The notes under the pieces are model-generated. The model saw only the letters and a list, made by a program, of their open reading frames with translations, made no database searches and was not told the origin of the DNA. This document shows positions 19,545 to 30,211 of a stretch of DNA of 64,000 nucleotides, piece after piece (the first letter of the stretch is position 1; each line of letters begins with the position of its first letter). The stretch is from a virus, in IMG/VR virus record IMGVR_UViG_3300035670_000018, positions 64,001 to 128,000 of that record. The stretch is one strand, 5' to 3'. The translations under genes and the position numbers were made by a program.

Positions 19545-20191
19545 TGGAAAGTCAAAGGCACGGATTTGACTTTGAAAATGAAGTGATATATCAGATCACT
19601 GGATTCTTCAAAGAGGAATACGAAAAGAAAATTACGAATAGCTATACTTCTTCGATGGACATTGTGAAAGGTGTCCATAGTGAATATGATTATTCTATTA
19701 AGGTTAGTAAGAATGGACGAGGAATAGGCGGTGGTGATATTCTAAGATTCAACAAACATTGTGAGAAGGGGTTCAAGCTTATCGTTGGTTGTTGGAATCA
19801 AAAGAATTCTTCCATCAAAGTTTATGACTGTATCTATGAGTTCACAATCACACCTAAAGATTATAAGAAACTGTGGGGATCAATACCATTAGATGAACTA
19901 AAAAACTTTGTGAACTATGTGAAATCAATCCCTTCAGGCAAAGAAGCACAAAAGAAAAACACTCTTTTGTGGAAAGAAAAAAGAGATATTTTATATCATA
20001 CATATGATAAAGGTGTTGTTGATATCGCAGCAAAAATTGATAGTGTATCTCAAAGAAGAGTTCAGTGTTCAATGAGACTTGAAGAATTGATTTCTTCTGG
20101 TATCGATTATGTGAAGTATACAAAGTCTTATAAAGGAATTAAGTTACCATATGAGCAAAAAAGCACATCAAGAAAATTCAAGAAAGCTTGA
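19544..20191 (+). CDS. putative PD-(D/E)xK restriction-type endonuclease
   Basis: HGFDFENEV..MDI..YSIKVS pattern; adjacent to an MTase. Confidence 0.4.
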   Translation: MESQRHGFDFENEVIYQITGFFKEEYEKKITNSYTSSMDIVKGVHSEYDYSIKVSKNGRGIGGGDILRFNKHCEKGFKLIVGCWNQKNSSIKVYDCIYEFTITPKDYKKLWGSIPLDELKNFVNYVKSIPSGKEAQKKNTLLWKEKRDILYHTYDKGVVDIAAKIDSVSQRRVQCSMRLEELISSGIDYVKYTKSYKGIKLPYEQKSTSRKFKKA

Positions 20192-20984
20192 TCAATTCTA
20201 CACTAATCCTGAGTATGCAAAAGCACTATATAGGATTATTGAATCGAAGTATGAATTGTCTTCATTTGATTATATTCTAGAACCTTCAGCGGGAACTGGA
20301 AGCTTTTATAATTTGATGGATCCAAATAAGAGAATTGGATTGGACTTAGATCCTAAAAGTCCTGGTATCATCAAGCAAGACTTTCTAACATGGACAGCTC
20401 CTCTAAATGTTAATATGATAGCAATAGGCAATCCACCTTTCGGTAAAAACTCAAGTCTGGCTGTAAAGTTTTTTAACAAATGTTCAGAATCATGTTCTGT
20501 CATCGCTTTCATTGTTCCGAAAACATTTAGAAAAACCAGTATCATCAACAGACTATCATTTCATTTTCATTTGATTCATGATGATGATTTACCAAAAAAC
20601 AGTTTTGTCTATAATGATAAACCATATGATGTTCCTTGTGTGTTTCAGATTTGGGAAAAGAAAAAAGTGAAACGTGATGTCATCAAGACATATAGTTTTG
20701 ATGATATGAAAGCTTGGTTCACTCTTACAGATCCAAATTCAGCACACATATGCATTCAAAGAGTTGGTCAGAAAGCTGGAACAGTAAAGAAATCTCATTT
20801 TTCTTCTTATAGTCCACTCAGTCATTTTTTCTTAAAGTGTGCAAATGATAATGTGATATCCGTGTTTGACAAACTGAACTTTGATGCAGTAAAATACAAT
20901 ACTGCTGGTAATCCTTCGGTAAGTGCCAGCGAGTTGATTGAACTTTGGATAGAACAAGCAAGAAAGGAAAAACTATATGTCTGA
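20151..20984 (+). CDS. amino (N6-A/N4-C) DNA methyltransferase
   Basis: LDQFYT, ILEPSAGTGSF, GNPPFG. Confidence 0.85.
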   Translation: MSKKAHQENSRKLDQFYTNPEYAKALYRIIESKYELSSFDYILEPSAGTGSFYNLMDPNKRIGLDLDPKSPGIIKQDFLTWTAPLNVNMIAIGNPPFGKNSSLAVKFFNKCSESCSVIAFIVPKTFRKTSIINRLSFHFHLIHDDDLPKNSFVYNDKPYDVPCVFQIWEKKKVKRDVIKTYSFDDMKAWFTLTDPNSAHICIQRVGQKAGTVKKSHFSSYSPLSHFFLKCANDNVISVFDKLNFDAVKYNTAGNPSVSASELIELWIEQARKEKLYV

Positions 20985-21402
20985 TCTTTTCAAGGATATC
21001 ATACCGTCTATTCTTCAAACTAAGAAGGTAGTCGTGACACAAGAGAATGAACGGGATTATGTCCCGTTCATTATCAATCGCGCATTATCGTTTCATCATG
21101 ACGTTATCATGTTCGCAAACGAGATGAATAAACAGTCCAGTCTGGATTCCCTTCTACAATACCACTATATGCTAAATACTGTGAGAGGGTATAAGCGACC
21201 TTTTCAGAAATGGCAAAAGCGTGAGATTGTTGAGGACTTGGAAGCAGTGAAGGAATACTTTGGCTATTCCAACGAAAAGGCCAAAGAAGCAATTTCCATT
21301 TTGTCTGACAAACAGATCGAACAGATCAAAAAGACGCTAAACAAAGGTGGTTTGAATGTTAGACATAAGAGAACTAGTGGAGGTAACACTACCAAATCCT
21401 GA
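20977..21402 (+). CDS. gp62: clamp loader small subunit gp62
   Basis: YVPFIINRALS, VKEYFGYSNEKAKEA, KGG. Confidence 0.9.
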   Translation: MSDLFKDIIPSILQTKKVVVTQENERDYVPFIINRALSFHHDVIMFANEMNKQSSLDSLLQYHYMLNTVRGYKRPFQKWQKREIVEDLEAVKEYFGYSNEKAKEAISILSDKQIEQIKKTLNKGGLNVRHKRTSGGNTTKS

Positions 21403-21760
21403 CAACTTTTTAAAGGTTCGTGAGACACTTTCACGTATTGGAGTAGCCTCAAAGAAAGATAAGACATTGTTTCAGTCTTGTCATATACTGCATAAGCAGG
21501 GTAAATATTACATTACCCACTTTAAACAACTATTCTTGTTAGACGGAAAGCAGTCAGACTTTACAGAGGATGACCGTGCCCGTCTTAATTCTATTGCCAA
21601 TCTGTTAGATGAATGGAAATTAGTAGAATTAGTAGACGTTCAGAAAAGTTCTGAACCTGTTGCTCCATTGTCTCAAATCAAGATCATATCACATAAAGAA
21701 AAGTCTGAATGGAATCTTGTAGCTAAATACAATATAGGCAAGAAGCGCAAGGAAGACTGA
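21356..21760 (+). CDS. regA: translational repressor RegA
   Basis: FLKVRETLSRIG, QSCHILHKQGKYYITHFK. Confidence 0.95.
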   Translation: MLDIRELVEVTLPNPDNFLKVRETLSRIGVASKKDKTLFQSCHILHKQGKYYITHFKQLFLLDGKQSDFTEDDRARLNSIANLLDEWKLVELVDVQKSSEPVAPLSQIKIISHKEKSEWNLVAKYNIGKKRKED

Positions 21761-21761
21761 T

Positions 21762-22514
21762 ATGGTTCAATCATATTATCCAAACGAAGATACAAACCTT
21801 AACATAGCCAGAGGTTTGGTAAAGGGTACATTTGGTGTTCATAAGCAAGGTGCTGTTCAAGAACTTTCTCAAAATCAAACTGGTACCGTTTGGGGATATA
21901 ATGACACAAAATATCCATGGAGTGCTTGGGATGCTGGAGCAAATACAGTCGTTATAACATCTGATGCATTAGATGTGGGTAAATTTCTAACGATAGAAGG
22001 TTTGGATAGTAATTTTGAAACTGTTAAAGAAGATGTTAATTTATCATCTACCGTTGTAACAACAAATACAGAGTTCTCCCGTATAAACTTTATGTACGTT
22101 CACAACGGCGGCACTAATAACATAAAGGATATTGTGCTGAATACAAATGGTGCAAATGTTGCGATAGTTAAAGCAAATACAGGACAAGCACTAATGGGTG
22201 TATATACTGTTCCTGCTGGATACACCGCATACATTACAAAAGGTGTTATGTCATGCCAGGCTAGTGCTGATGGTACAGGTAATATGTATATTCGCTTCAA
22301 AGAAGGCTATTTCGCAGAAAACACTGTAACAGGTTTCATAACAGCACATACATTTGAAGTTTCAGGAGCAGGCGGCAAATATTGCTATGACTTCACGATA
22401 CCTCAAGCTATACCAGAAAAGTCAGATATAGATATTCAAGTGACAACAAGAACGAACAATGGTAGGTTCACTTGTGCTTGGGATATGATTTTAATTAAAA
22501 ATGGACTATCTTAA
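21762..22514 (+). CDS. hypothetical beta-rich protein, possibly virion-associated
   Basis: IEGLD, YTVPAG, IPEKSDID motifs. Confidence 0.5.
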   Translation: MVQSYYPNEDTNLNIARGLVKGTFGVHKQGAVQELSQNQTGTVWGYNDTKYPWSAWDAGANTVVITSDALDVGKFLTIEGLDSNFETVKEDVNLSSTVVTTNTEFSRINFMYVHNGGTNNIKDIVLNTNGANVAIVKANTGQALMGVYTVPAGYTAYITKGVMSCQASADGTGNMYIRFKEGYFAENTVTGFITAHTFEVSGAGGKYCYDFTIPQAIPEKSDIDIQVTTRTNNGRFTCAWDMILIKNGLS

Positions 22515-22537
22515 TACAAATGACAATGGAGTATATT

Positions 22538-23164
22538 ATGAACAGATTGAACGTTTACAAGACACATCCTAATATCGTATTGCCTAAGTTTGCTACAAAG
22601 CAATCAGCATGTTTTGATATTGCATTTCAGGCTGAAGGTAAATATGAATACACTGGATACAATATGAACAATGCACCATTCAGTCGGCCACTATCTACAG
22701 GGACAATTCGTCTTATGCCTGGCGATAGAATTTTAGTTCCGACTGGACTCATTTTTGATATTCCAAAAGGTTATTCACTTCGTATTCATCCTCGGTCAGG
22801 GCTTTCATACAAGCAAGGACTTGTTCTAGCCAATCTTGAGGCTGTAATTGATTCTGATTATATTCAAGAGACATTCATCATTCTTACTAACACAACTCAG
22901 GTTGATCAGACTATCAGTAATGGTGATAGAATCGCTCAAGCTGAAATGATTAAGAGTGAAGAATATGTGCTTTGGGAAATTTTTGAAGCTCCTACTCAGA
23001 AGACAGATCGCATTGGTGGTTTAGGATCAACAGGTGTTGCTGTATTCAACGGCGAAGAAATGATGAAGAATATTACAATGTCTAAAGAAGAAGCAGATAA
23101 AGTCACTATTCCTCTAGAAGAACCTATCAAGCGTGGTAGAGGAAGACCAAGGAAGGTGGCATAA
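22538..23164 (+). CDS. dut: trimeric dUTPase with C-terminal AT-hook
   Basis: PRSGLS, VIDSDY, GDRIAQ, RIGGLGSTG; KRGRGRPRK tail. Confidence 0.9.
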   Translation: MNRLNVYKTHPNIVLPKFATKQSACFDIAFQAEGKYEYTGYNMNNAPFSRPLSTGTIRLMPGDRILVPTGLIFDIPKGYSLRIHPRSGLSYKQGLVLANLEAVIDSDYIQETFIILTNTTQVDQTISNGDRIAQAEMIKSEEYVLWEIFEAPTQKTDRIGGLGSTGVAVFNGEEMMKNITMSKEEADKVTIPLEEPIKRGRGRPRKVA

Positions 23165-23457
23165 TGCCAGCAGCACATAGAGATACTGATGATAGAGCAT
23201 GTGGAGCTAAAACAGAAGTTATCGGTCAATCAACAGTCTATGTGAATGGGCTATTATGGGCTGTTGAAGATGATATTGACAATCACTGTGATCCAAAAGG
23301 TCCTCTTGATCCTTCAGGCACAACAGTCTTCATTGAAGGTAAAAATGTGATAGTTGTTGGAGATGGATTTAAAGCACCTGATTATCAGCCGCCAGATTGT
23401 GTGATTGAACATTCTCCTACAGCACAAACTGGTTCTGGTGATGTAAGTGCTTATTGA
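23164..23457 (+). CDS. PAAR-like spike tip protein (gp5.4-like)
   Basis: MPAAHR..CGA..STVYVNG..H..TGSGDV. Confidence 0.8.
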   Translation: MPAAHRDTDDRACGAKTEVIGQSTVYVNGLLWAVEDDIDNHCDPKGPLDPSGTTVFIEGKNVIVVGDGFKAPDYQPPDCVIEHSPTAQTGSGDVSAY

Positions 23458-23547
23458 CATTCTAATCTCAATGTGATATAAATATACGTGTCTTCGCCGA
23501 AAGGGAAGACTTACAACTAACTTGCTAACATAGGAGTTAAGCACATG
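23454..23547 (+). promoter_or_regulatory. overlapping sigma70/late promoter and ROSE-like RNA thermometer
   Basis: TTGACA-17-TATAAA(TA); TAACTTGCT-AACAT-AGGAGTTA hairpin with bulged G opposite the SD. Confidence 0.7.
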
Positions 23548-24045
23548 AATACTAAGCTTTTAGACCCGTTTTCTTTTTCAACTTTTCCTAAGCAACTTAA
23601 TACCACAATTGGCTTTGAACCCATTCTCAAGCGTCTTGCTGAGATGAGTGAAGCAATGCCAAAGATTCCAACCTATCCTCCATACAACATCAAGAAGCTT
23701 GATGAAAACAAGTATGTGATTGAGATGGCTGTTGCTGGCTTCGGCAAGCAGGATCTTGAACTTGAGTTGCAGGATGGTACACTTACCATTAAGGGTAATG
23801 TATCTTCAGAAGACGCTGACTATATCTACAAGGGTATTGCTGAACGCGCATTCACTCGTCAGTTCACTCTTGCTGATACAGTGGAAGTCAAGAATGCAGA
23901 CCTCATCAATGGTATGCTCAAAATTTGGCTTGAACGCTTCATTCCAGAAGAGAAGAAGCCAAAAAAGATTTCGATTGGTGACACTGAAACAGAAAAAGAA
24001 TCTAGCACAAAGCAGTTCTTATCTGAGAAGTATGGTGACAAGTAA
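23545..24045 (+). CDS. small heat shock protein Hsp20 (IbpA-like)
   Basis: YPPYNI, EMAVAGF, GIAERAF, NGML..IPEEKKP. Confidence 0.95.
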   Translation: MNTKLLDPFSFSTFPKQLNTTIGFEPILKRLAEMSEAMPKIPTYPPYNIKKLDENKYVIEMAVAGFGKQDLELELQDGTLTIKGNVSSEDADYIYKGIAERAFTRQFTLADTVEVKNADLINGMLKIWLERFIPEEKKPKKISIGDTETEKESSTKQFLSEKYGDK

Positions 24046-24194
24046 TGTTATCATACCTAAAAAAGTTGTTTGCTATTCGTAGTGAACAGGAACGAATGTA
24101 TGATTTTCTAAGTCAGGCTACGGATCGTGTGCATCTTGAATATCTCCAGCGTGAATGGGATCGTATGTCTCATGCACAAAAGAGTAACTGGTAA
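24045..24194 (+). CDS. small protein (DUF3563-like)
   Basis: MLSYLKKLF..YDFLSQATDRVHLEYLQREWDR; 49 aa, not in the ORF track. Confidence 0.55.
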   Translation: MLSYLKKLFAIRSEQERMYDFLSQATDRVHLEYLQREWDRMSHAQKSNW

Positions 24195-24249
24195 TGGCAC
24201 CGTATACTAACGAAGAAGCTGACTGGCTATCTGGCCAGTAACACTACAT

Positions 24250-24278
24250 ACTGAGGGAGACCATTCTCCCTCAGTTTT
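24250..24278 (+). terminator. intrinsic terminator
   Basis: ACTGAGGGAGA-CCAT-TCTCCCTCAGT-TTT. Confidence 0.8.
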
Positions 24279-24299
24279 CATTATGGAGAAACTGTGAAT

Positions 24300-25025
24300 A
24301 TGAAACTCATTATTGAAAAGTCTGTCGTAGTCATCACGCCCACAATTGGTTCCCGAAAACTGAAAGACGCAATTCAAAGCGTTAAAAATCAAACTTATCA
24401 AAACATTGAACATCTAATTGTTGTTGATGGTCAGGAACATGAATTCACTGCTATGGATAATGGCGGTGCTCACCTATGTAAAATGCTTGTTCTTCCATAC
24501 AACACCGGCGCAAATGGCTTCTACGGTCATCGCATCTATGCTGGTATTCCTCATCTCGTCAACGCTGATTATGTGTTCTTCTTAGACGAAGACAACTGGT
24601 ATGAATCAGATCATGTTGCTTCACTTGTAGAGGTACTGGACAGAGGCAATGACTTTGCACATTCGCTTCGTAAGATTTATCATCCAGATAAGACATATGT
24701 GTGCGATGATAACTGCGAAGCACTTGGCAAGTGGCCAATCTATTTCTCACATAATGACCCACAGTATCTTGTAGATACATCCTCATTTGCATTCAATACC
24801 AAGTTCTTACAGAAGACTTGTCATCTCTGGCATTCTGGTTGGGGTGGTGATAGAAGATATCTATACTCTGTCATGCAGGGTGCAAAGTGGGATACAAATC
24901 GTAAGCATACATTATGCTATCGTCTTGATGGAAATCCAGGTTCAGTCAATGCTGATTTCTTTATCAAGGGCAATGAAGAGCAACTGAAACATTATAATGG
25001 AGAACTACCGTGGCTAAAGACTTAA
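24300..25025 (+). CDS. GT2-family glycosyltransferase
   Basis: VVITPT, SVKNQTY, VVDG, FLDED. Confidence 0.85.
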   Translation: MKLIIEKSVVVITPTIGSRKLKDAIQSVKNQTYQNIEHLIVVDGQEHEFTAMDNGGAHLCKMLVLPYNTGANGFYGHRIYAGIPHLVNADYVFFLDEDNWYESDHVASLVEVLDRGNDFAHSLRKIYHPDKTYVCDDNCEALGKWPIYFSHNDPQYLVDTSSFAFNTKFLQKTCHLWHSGWGGDRRYLYSVMQGAKWDTNRKHTLCYRLDGNPGSVNADFFIKGNEEQLKHYNGELPWLKT

Positions 25026-25900
25026 TCATAGGCGGCGCAGCAAACTACAAATACGATGATGTAAAATACTGGATCAACTCAATCAAGAAGTCTGGTTTTG
25101 ATGGTGATATTGTTCTCGTTGTCACAAACATAGCATTGACTGAACTAGAAAAGATTGCACAGAAGGGCGTCCAGATTCTTGCATACGGGCAGAAAGATGC
25201 AGATGGCAATTACTCATCTAACAGCAAGATGCCGCCTCATGTTGAGCGGTTCTTTCATATCTGGAACTTTCTGAATACGACAAAAGAAGAATACGATTTC
25301 GTCATCACAACGGACGTTCGTGACGTGGTATTTCAGCGCAATCCTGTAAACTTTCTAAGAGGCGACACTTTTACCGGCTTTGTTGCTGCTGGTGAAGGTC
25401 TTGCTTATGAAGATGAGCCGTGGGGTAATAACAACTATCTTCAAGCGTTTGGTCCATTTTTTCACAATATCATCAAGTCGAAAGAAATCTATAATGTTGG
25501 TGTGATGGCAGGAGAAATGTCTCTTGTTCGTGATATGCTGTTGATGATCCTACAGTTGAGCGTCAATCGTCCTATTCCTATCGTTGATCAGGCTGTCTAC
25601 AACTTCATCCTAAGTACAGACATTTTCAAGAATCGAACCGAATTCTTTGGAAACGACTCAGGTTGGACATGTAATCTAGGCACAACTCTTGCTGCTATTC
25701 AGTCTGGCTCTGGTGATATCGGACAGAGAAATGATCCTACATCTCAAATTATGTACCAGACGAAGTATCTAGCAAATCAACCTATCATCAAGAAAGATGG
25801 TACGGTATATAATAGCTATGACATGCCGTTCTATATTGTTCATCAGTATGACCGCGTTGCTGATCTAGCAGAAAAGATCAGGATCAAGTATAATGACTAA
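25010..25900 (+). CDS. GT-A glycosyltransferase-like protein
   Basis: TDVRDVVFQ, DQAVYN, HQYDR. Confidence 0.7.
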   Translation: MAKDLIIGGAANYKYDDVKYWINSIKKSGFDGDIVLVVTNIALTELEKIAQKGVQILAYGQKDADGNYSSNSKMPPHVERFFHIWNFLNTTKEEYDFVITTDVRDVVFQRNPVNFLRGDTFTGFVAAGEGLAYEDEPWGNNNYLQAFGPFFHNIIKSKEIYNVGVMAGEMSLVRDMLLMILQLSVNRPIPIVDQAVYNFILSTDIFKNRTEFFGNDSGWTCNLGTTLAAIQSGSGDIGQRNDPTSQIMYQTKYLANQPIIKKDGTVYNSYDMPFYIVHQYDRVADLAEKIRIKYND

Positions 25901-26762
25901 GCCAAAGTTGAAACTCGGATTCACAGACTACTACAAGACACTTGATGATTTCTTCATGAGTGTCTTGTCAATGTCTTTTGACATTGAACGAGATGATGTA
26001 AATCCGGACTATCTTATCTTCTGTGATGAAACATTTGGACAGAACAATAAGAACTTTGATCCAAACAAGACTGTAAAGATTTTCTTCACTGGCGAAAACA
26101 GACGACCATATCATTATCAAGCACATCATGCTATCTCATTTGATCACTTAGATGGACACCAGTTCTATCGTTTGCCTCTTTATGTCTTAGACAATTGGGT
26201 GCAGACTAAGAATGGTGTCCCTGATATGTTGGAAGAAAAAAGAAGCTATGTTCACTATGACGATAAAGAATGGTTCTGCGGATTTGTAGCATCTAATCCT
26301 GCTGGTGAATATCGCAATCACATCTTTCACAAATTAAATGAATATAAGCCAGTCATGTCTGGTGGACCTTTGTTCAATAATATTGGTAGTGTGTTGCCGC
26401 GTGATGTAAACTCTAAGATTGATTTCTTTCGTAAGTGTCGTTTCTCTTTGTGCTTTGAGAATAGTTCATGGCCAGGTTATTGTACCGAAAAGATAATGCA
26501 CGGCTTCATTGCTAGGACTGTTCCAATCTATTGGGGTTCACCAACTGTTTCTATGGATTTTCAAGAGGGATCATATATCTCTCGTCATGATTTTGTGAGT
26601 GACAATAGCTTCATTGATGCTATTATTCGCGTGGATCAAGACAAGAGTGTTTGGCAAATTATAGCAAATACTCATCCTCTTCCATATAATAACGATAAAT
26701 TTTGGAGCTTAGAACGCTTCAATAGATGGTTCTTAGAGAATGTTTATAGAGGTGAAAGATGA
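25893..26762 (+). CDS. GT10 alpha-1,3-fucosyltransferase-like protein
   Basis: FTGEN, FSLCFENS..GYCTEKI..VPIYWG. Confidence 0.9.
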   Translation: MTKPKLKLGFTDYYKTLDDFFMSVLSMSFDIERDDVNPDYLIFCDETFGQNNKNFDPNKTVKIFFTGENRRPYHYQAHHAISFDHLDGHQFYRLPLYVLDNWVQTKNGVPDMLEEKRSYVHYDDKEWFCGFVASNPAGEYRNHIFHKLNEYKPVMSGGPLFNNIGSVLPRDVNSKIDFFRKCRFSLCFENSSWPGYCTEKIMHGFIARTVPIYWGSPTVSMDFQEGSYISRHDFVSDNSFIDAIIRVDQDKSVWQIIANTHPLPYNNDKFWSLERFNRWFLENVYRGER

Positions 26763-27463
26763 AGATTGCTGTTTGTATCTCAGGTCAGCCTCGCGCGTAC
26801 AAGCAAGGCTATGAATATCTAAAGCGCAATCTGCTAGACAGGTATGACTGTGACATATTCATTCATTCGTGGTACAATAGTGTATATGACTCAAATGATG
26901 TTGTGAAGTTGTATAATCCAAAATCATATAAGTTTGATGCGCCTTTCTCAAAAGAGCCATTTGATTCCAAATACACGAATACACCGAATGCAAAAGGTTG
27001 GCCGCCTCATGCAACTGTGTCTATGTTCTATTCTGTCTTCCTGTCTTTGCTACTCAAAATCGAACATGAACTTGTGTTCAAAAGATATGATTGGATTGTA
27101 AAGACGCGCTTTGATTATGCACTGAATGGTGTTTTGCCTTTTGAGCAGTTAGATAAGACGAAGCTTTATATTCCAAACTGTCGTATGACACCGCTGAGAG
27201 ATTTTGGCAACGATCAGTTTGCTTTTGGTAGCAATGCTGTAATGACCGATTATATGTCTACATATCTACACATGGATCATTACTACAATGCTGATTGTGC
27301 TATGATTGGTGAAGACATGATGAGTGCGAATCTACATAGACATGGATTAGTTGGTGAAAGACTTGTTTATGTTGACATGAACAATCCATTTCCGCCAGGC
27401 CCATACAATGGAACACCTCACTCTCTTATTCGTGATGATATGGAACTATGGAAAAACTTTTAA
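26759..27463 (+). CDS. glycosyltransferase-like hypothetical protein
   Basis: KIAVCISGQPR, KTRFD, NDQFAFG. Confidence 0.6.
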   Translation: MKIAVCISGQPRAYKQGYEYLKRNLLDRYDCDIFIHSWYNSVYDSNDVVKLYNPKSYKFDAPFSKEPFDSKYTNTPNAKGWPPHATVSMFYSVFLSLLLKIEHELVFKRYDWIVKTRFDYALNGVLPFEQLDKTKLYIPNCRMTPLRDFGNDQFAFGSNAVMTDYMSTYLHMDHYYNADCAMIGEDMMSANLHRHGLVGERLVYVDMNNPFPPGPYNGTPHSLIRDDMELWKNF

Positions 27464-28188
27464 AGAAACTCAAAGGTCATTCTGGCTCAACTGTTGCGTT
27501 GATGCAGGCCGATGACAATATGTTTGTCCGTAAGATTGAGAACGTTCAGCGTAACTATGAAAGGCTATCAGCCCTTATAGGATACGTTGACGTTCCTAAA
27601 ATCTATCACTATGATGGAACAATTCTTGACATGGAATATATTCATGGTACAGACATGAGAAACTACTTGCTCAACAATCCAATCAAAGACCTAAAAGAAT
27701 TTCTAGTGAACACAATATCAATGTTCGCTTCGAAATCTGTTGACAAAGACTATACTAACGTGTACAATGAGATGTTGTCATGGTTAGAAGATGGTATGTT
27801 TCCATTCACGAAAGATGAGTTGATTGCCAAGCTACCTAAGATACTGCCTAAGTCAGTATATCATGGTGATATGACACTAGAGAATATCATTTATTCCACA
27901 TCTGGTCGTTTCTACTTTATAGATGCTGTAACATTGAAGTATGATTCCTGGGTATTTGATATCGCAAAGATGAGACAAGATTTAGAATGTAAGTGGTTTC
28001 TTCGTCATGATCCTGTAATGCTAGATGTAAAGCTGCTCAACATTCAAGATCATATCCTGAAGAAGTTTCCTATAGCAAACGATGATTATTTTTTGATTCT
28101 CATGTTGCTTCGCGTCTATTTACATTGTGAGAAAGATACGCTAGAATACAATTTTATTATGAAGGAGATTAACAGACTATGGAAGTGA
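27448..28188 (+). CDS. APH/kinase-fold phosphotransferase
   Basis: GHSG, HGDMTLENI, FID. Confidence 0.75.
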   Translation: MEKLLKKLKGHSGSTVALMQADDNMFVRKIENVQRNYERLSALIGYVDVPKIYHYDGTILDMEYIHGTDMRNYLLNNPIKDLKEFLVNTISMFASKSVDKDYTNVYNEMLSWLEDGMFPFTKDELIAKLPKILPKSVYHGDMTLENIIYSTSGRFYFIDAVTLKYDSWVFDIAKMRQDLECKWFLRHDPVMLDVKLLNIQDHILKKFPIANDDYFLILMLLRVYLHCEKDTLEYNFIMKEINRLWK

Positions 28189-29213
28189 TTGTACCAGCCG
28201 CTGGTCTTTCTACCAGATTTCCAAATGTAAAGCCAAAGTATCTACACTTTGGATATGATAACAAGATGATGCTTGTGAAGGCAGTTGAACCTTACATCGG
28301 CAAGCATGATATTACGGTTGTTATTCTACAGGAACATGTTGAGAAGTATAATGCACTTGAATTTGTTCGTAATGAACTTCCTGGTGCGTATATTATCATT
28401 GTCGATAAGCCAACAAAGGGTCCTGCCCAGACAGTACAGATTGCTATCAATGATATCAAGTTGACAAAGAAACATGATTTTCCAATTCTTGTGAAGGACT
28501 GTGATTCCTTTTTCGATCATCAAGTGAGTGGTGGCAACTATATCTGTACATCAAACATTTCAGACCATGAACGATTGAATAAGCTTGCCTCTAAGAGCTT
28601 TGTGAAGTATAATGATCAAAGTGTTATTACCGATATCATTGAGAAGAAGGTTGTATCCGATTCTTTCTGTGTCGGCGCTTATCGTTTTGAGTCTGCCGAA
28701 GACTATCTCGCAACATATGATGCCATCAAAGACCGCAATGGTGAATTGTTTGTATCCCATATTATTCAGCATATGTTAGCTAATGGCAGAATCTTTACCA
28801 AGAAGGATGTCACTAACTACGTTGACGTTGGCACTGCTGATGACTGGCATAGGTACAATGACATGCCTGTTATCTTCTGTGACATTGATGGCACTCTTGT
28901 CAAGGCACAGTCTCGCTATGGCAAGAATAAATATGGCACTGTTCCTGAAGTTCTAGAAGAGAATGTGAAGCGTATTCGTGAATATCATGACAAAGGATGT
29001 CAAATTTTCTTCACAACGGCCAGACCTCACATTTATCGTGAACAGACAGACAGGATGCTTCGTGATCTTGGCTTTATAAATTTCGAACTTATAACTGGTC
29101 TATATAATGCTAGACGGGTATTGATCAACGATTACAATACATCTAATCCGTACCCGCGCGCAGAAGCAATAAATATCTACCGTGATCATGATAACTTGAA
29201 GGATTTTCTATGA
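28179..29213 (+). CDS. sugar nucleotidyltransferase-HAD phosphatase fusion
   Basis: [11 protein letters not shown]; C-terminal DIDGTL, TAR, IND. Confidence 0.8.
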   Translation: MEVIVPAAGLSTRFPNVKPKYLHFGYDNKMMLVKAVEPYIGKHDITVVILQEHVEKYNALEFVRNELPGAYIIIVDKPTKGPAQTVQIAINDIKLTKKHDFPILVKDCDSFFDHQVSGGNYICTSNISDHERLNKLASKSFVKYNDQSVITDIIEKKVVSDSFCVGAYRFESAEDYLATYDAIKDRNGELFVSHIIQHMLANGRIFTKKDVTNYVDVGTADDWHRYNDMPVIFCDIDGTLVKAQSRYGKNKYGTVPEVLEENVKRIREYHDKGCQIFFTTARPHIYREQTDRMLRDLGFINFELITGLYNARRVLINDYNTSNPYPRAEAINIYRDHDNLKDFL

Positions 29214-30211
29214 GATTTGTGGCATTAATTACAGGCATTACAGGACAAGACGGATCATATCTGGCCGAATTGCTCCTTGAAAAAGGTTATGAAGTACATG
29301 GCATTGTTCGCAGATCCAGTTCTATCAATACTGATCGCATCGACCATATTTACCCTCGTATTAATCTACACTACGGGGATTTGACAGATAGTTCATCACT
29401 CATTCGACTAATTCAGGAAATCAGACCAACCGAGATTTATAATCTTGCGGCACAATCACATGTGAAAGTGTCATTTGAGATTCCTGAATACACCGGACAA
29501 GTAGACGCACTTGGCACTCTGAGAATATTGGAAGCTGTGCGTCTACTTGGCATGGAAAAAGACGTTCGTATCTATCAAGCGTCTACATCTGAACTCTATG
29601 GGCTTGTGCAAGAAACACCACAGTCAGAAACAACTCCATTTTATCCTCGCTCACCATATGGTGTTGCGAAGCTATATGGCTTTTGGATTGTGAAGAACTA
29701 TCGTGAAGCATATAATATGCATTGTTCATCCGGCATTCTGTTCAACCATGAAAGTCCTCGCCGTGGTGAAACATTTGTGACACGAAAGATTGTTCGTGGA
29801 CTATCGCGCATCTCTACTGGTTATCAATCTTGTTTAGAATTAGGTAATTTAAATGCTAAGAGAGATTGGGGACATGCTAAGGATTTTGTTGAAGCAATGT
29901 GGCTAATGCTACAAGAGCCAGAACCAGATGATTATGTGATTGCAACAGGTGAACAATATTCAGTGAAGCAGTTTGTAGAGACCGCTGCTCCTTATTTTGG
30001 CATTCGCATCAAGTGGGAAGGCGAAGGTTTAAATGAAGTTGGTGTAGATCAAGATGGTATTGTTCGTATTCGTGTGAATGAACGTTATTTCCGTCCTGCT
30101 GAAGTTGAAACGCTGCTTGGTAATCCTGAGAAAGCCAAGAAGAAGCTTGGTTGGCGTCCTAAGTTTACATTTGAAAAGCTTGTAGAGGATATGTGTATCA
30201 ATGGACAGTAA
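29210..30211 (+). CDS. gmd: GDP-mannose 4,6-dehydratase
   Basis: [34 protein letters not shown]. Confidence 0.97.
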   Translation: MRFVALITGITGQDGSYLAELLLEKGYEVHGIVRRSSSINTDRIDHIYPRINLHYGDLTDSSSLIRLIQEIRPTEIYNLAAQSHVKVSFEIPEYTGQVDALGTLRILEAVRLLGMEKDVRIYQASTSELYGLVQETPQSETTPFYPRSPYGVAKLYGFWIVKNYREAYNMHCSSGILFNHESPRRGETFVTRKIVRGLSRISTGYQSCLELGNLNAKRDWGHAKDFVEAMWLMLQEPEPDDYVIATGEQYSVKQFVETAAPYFGIRIKWEGEGLNEVGVDQDGIVRIRVNERYFRPAEVETLLGNPEKAKKKLGWRPKFTFEKLVEDMCINGQ

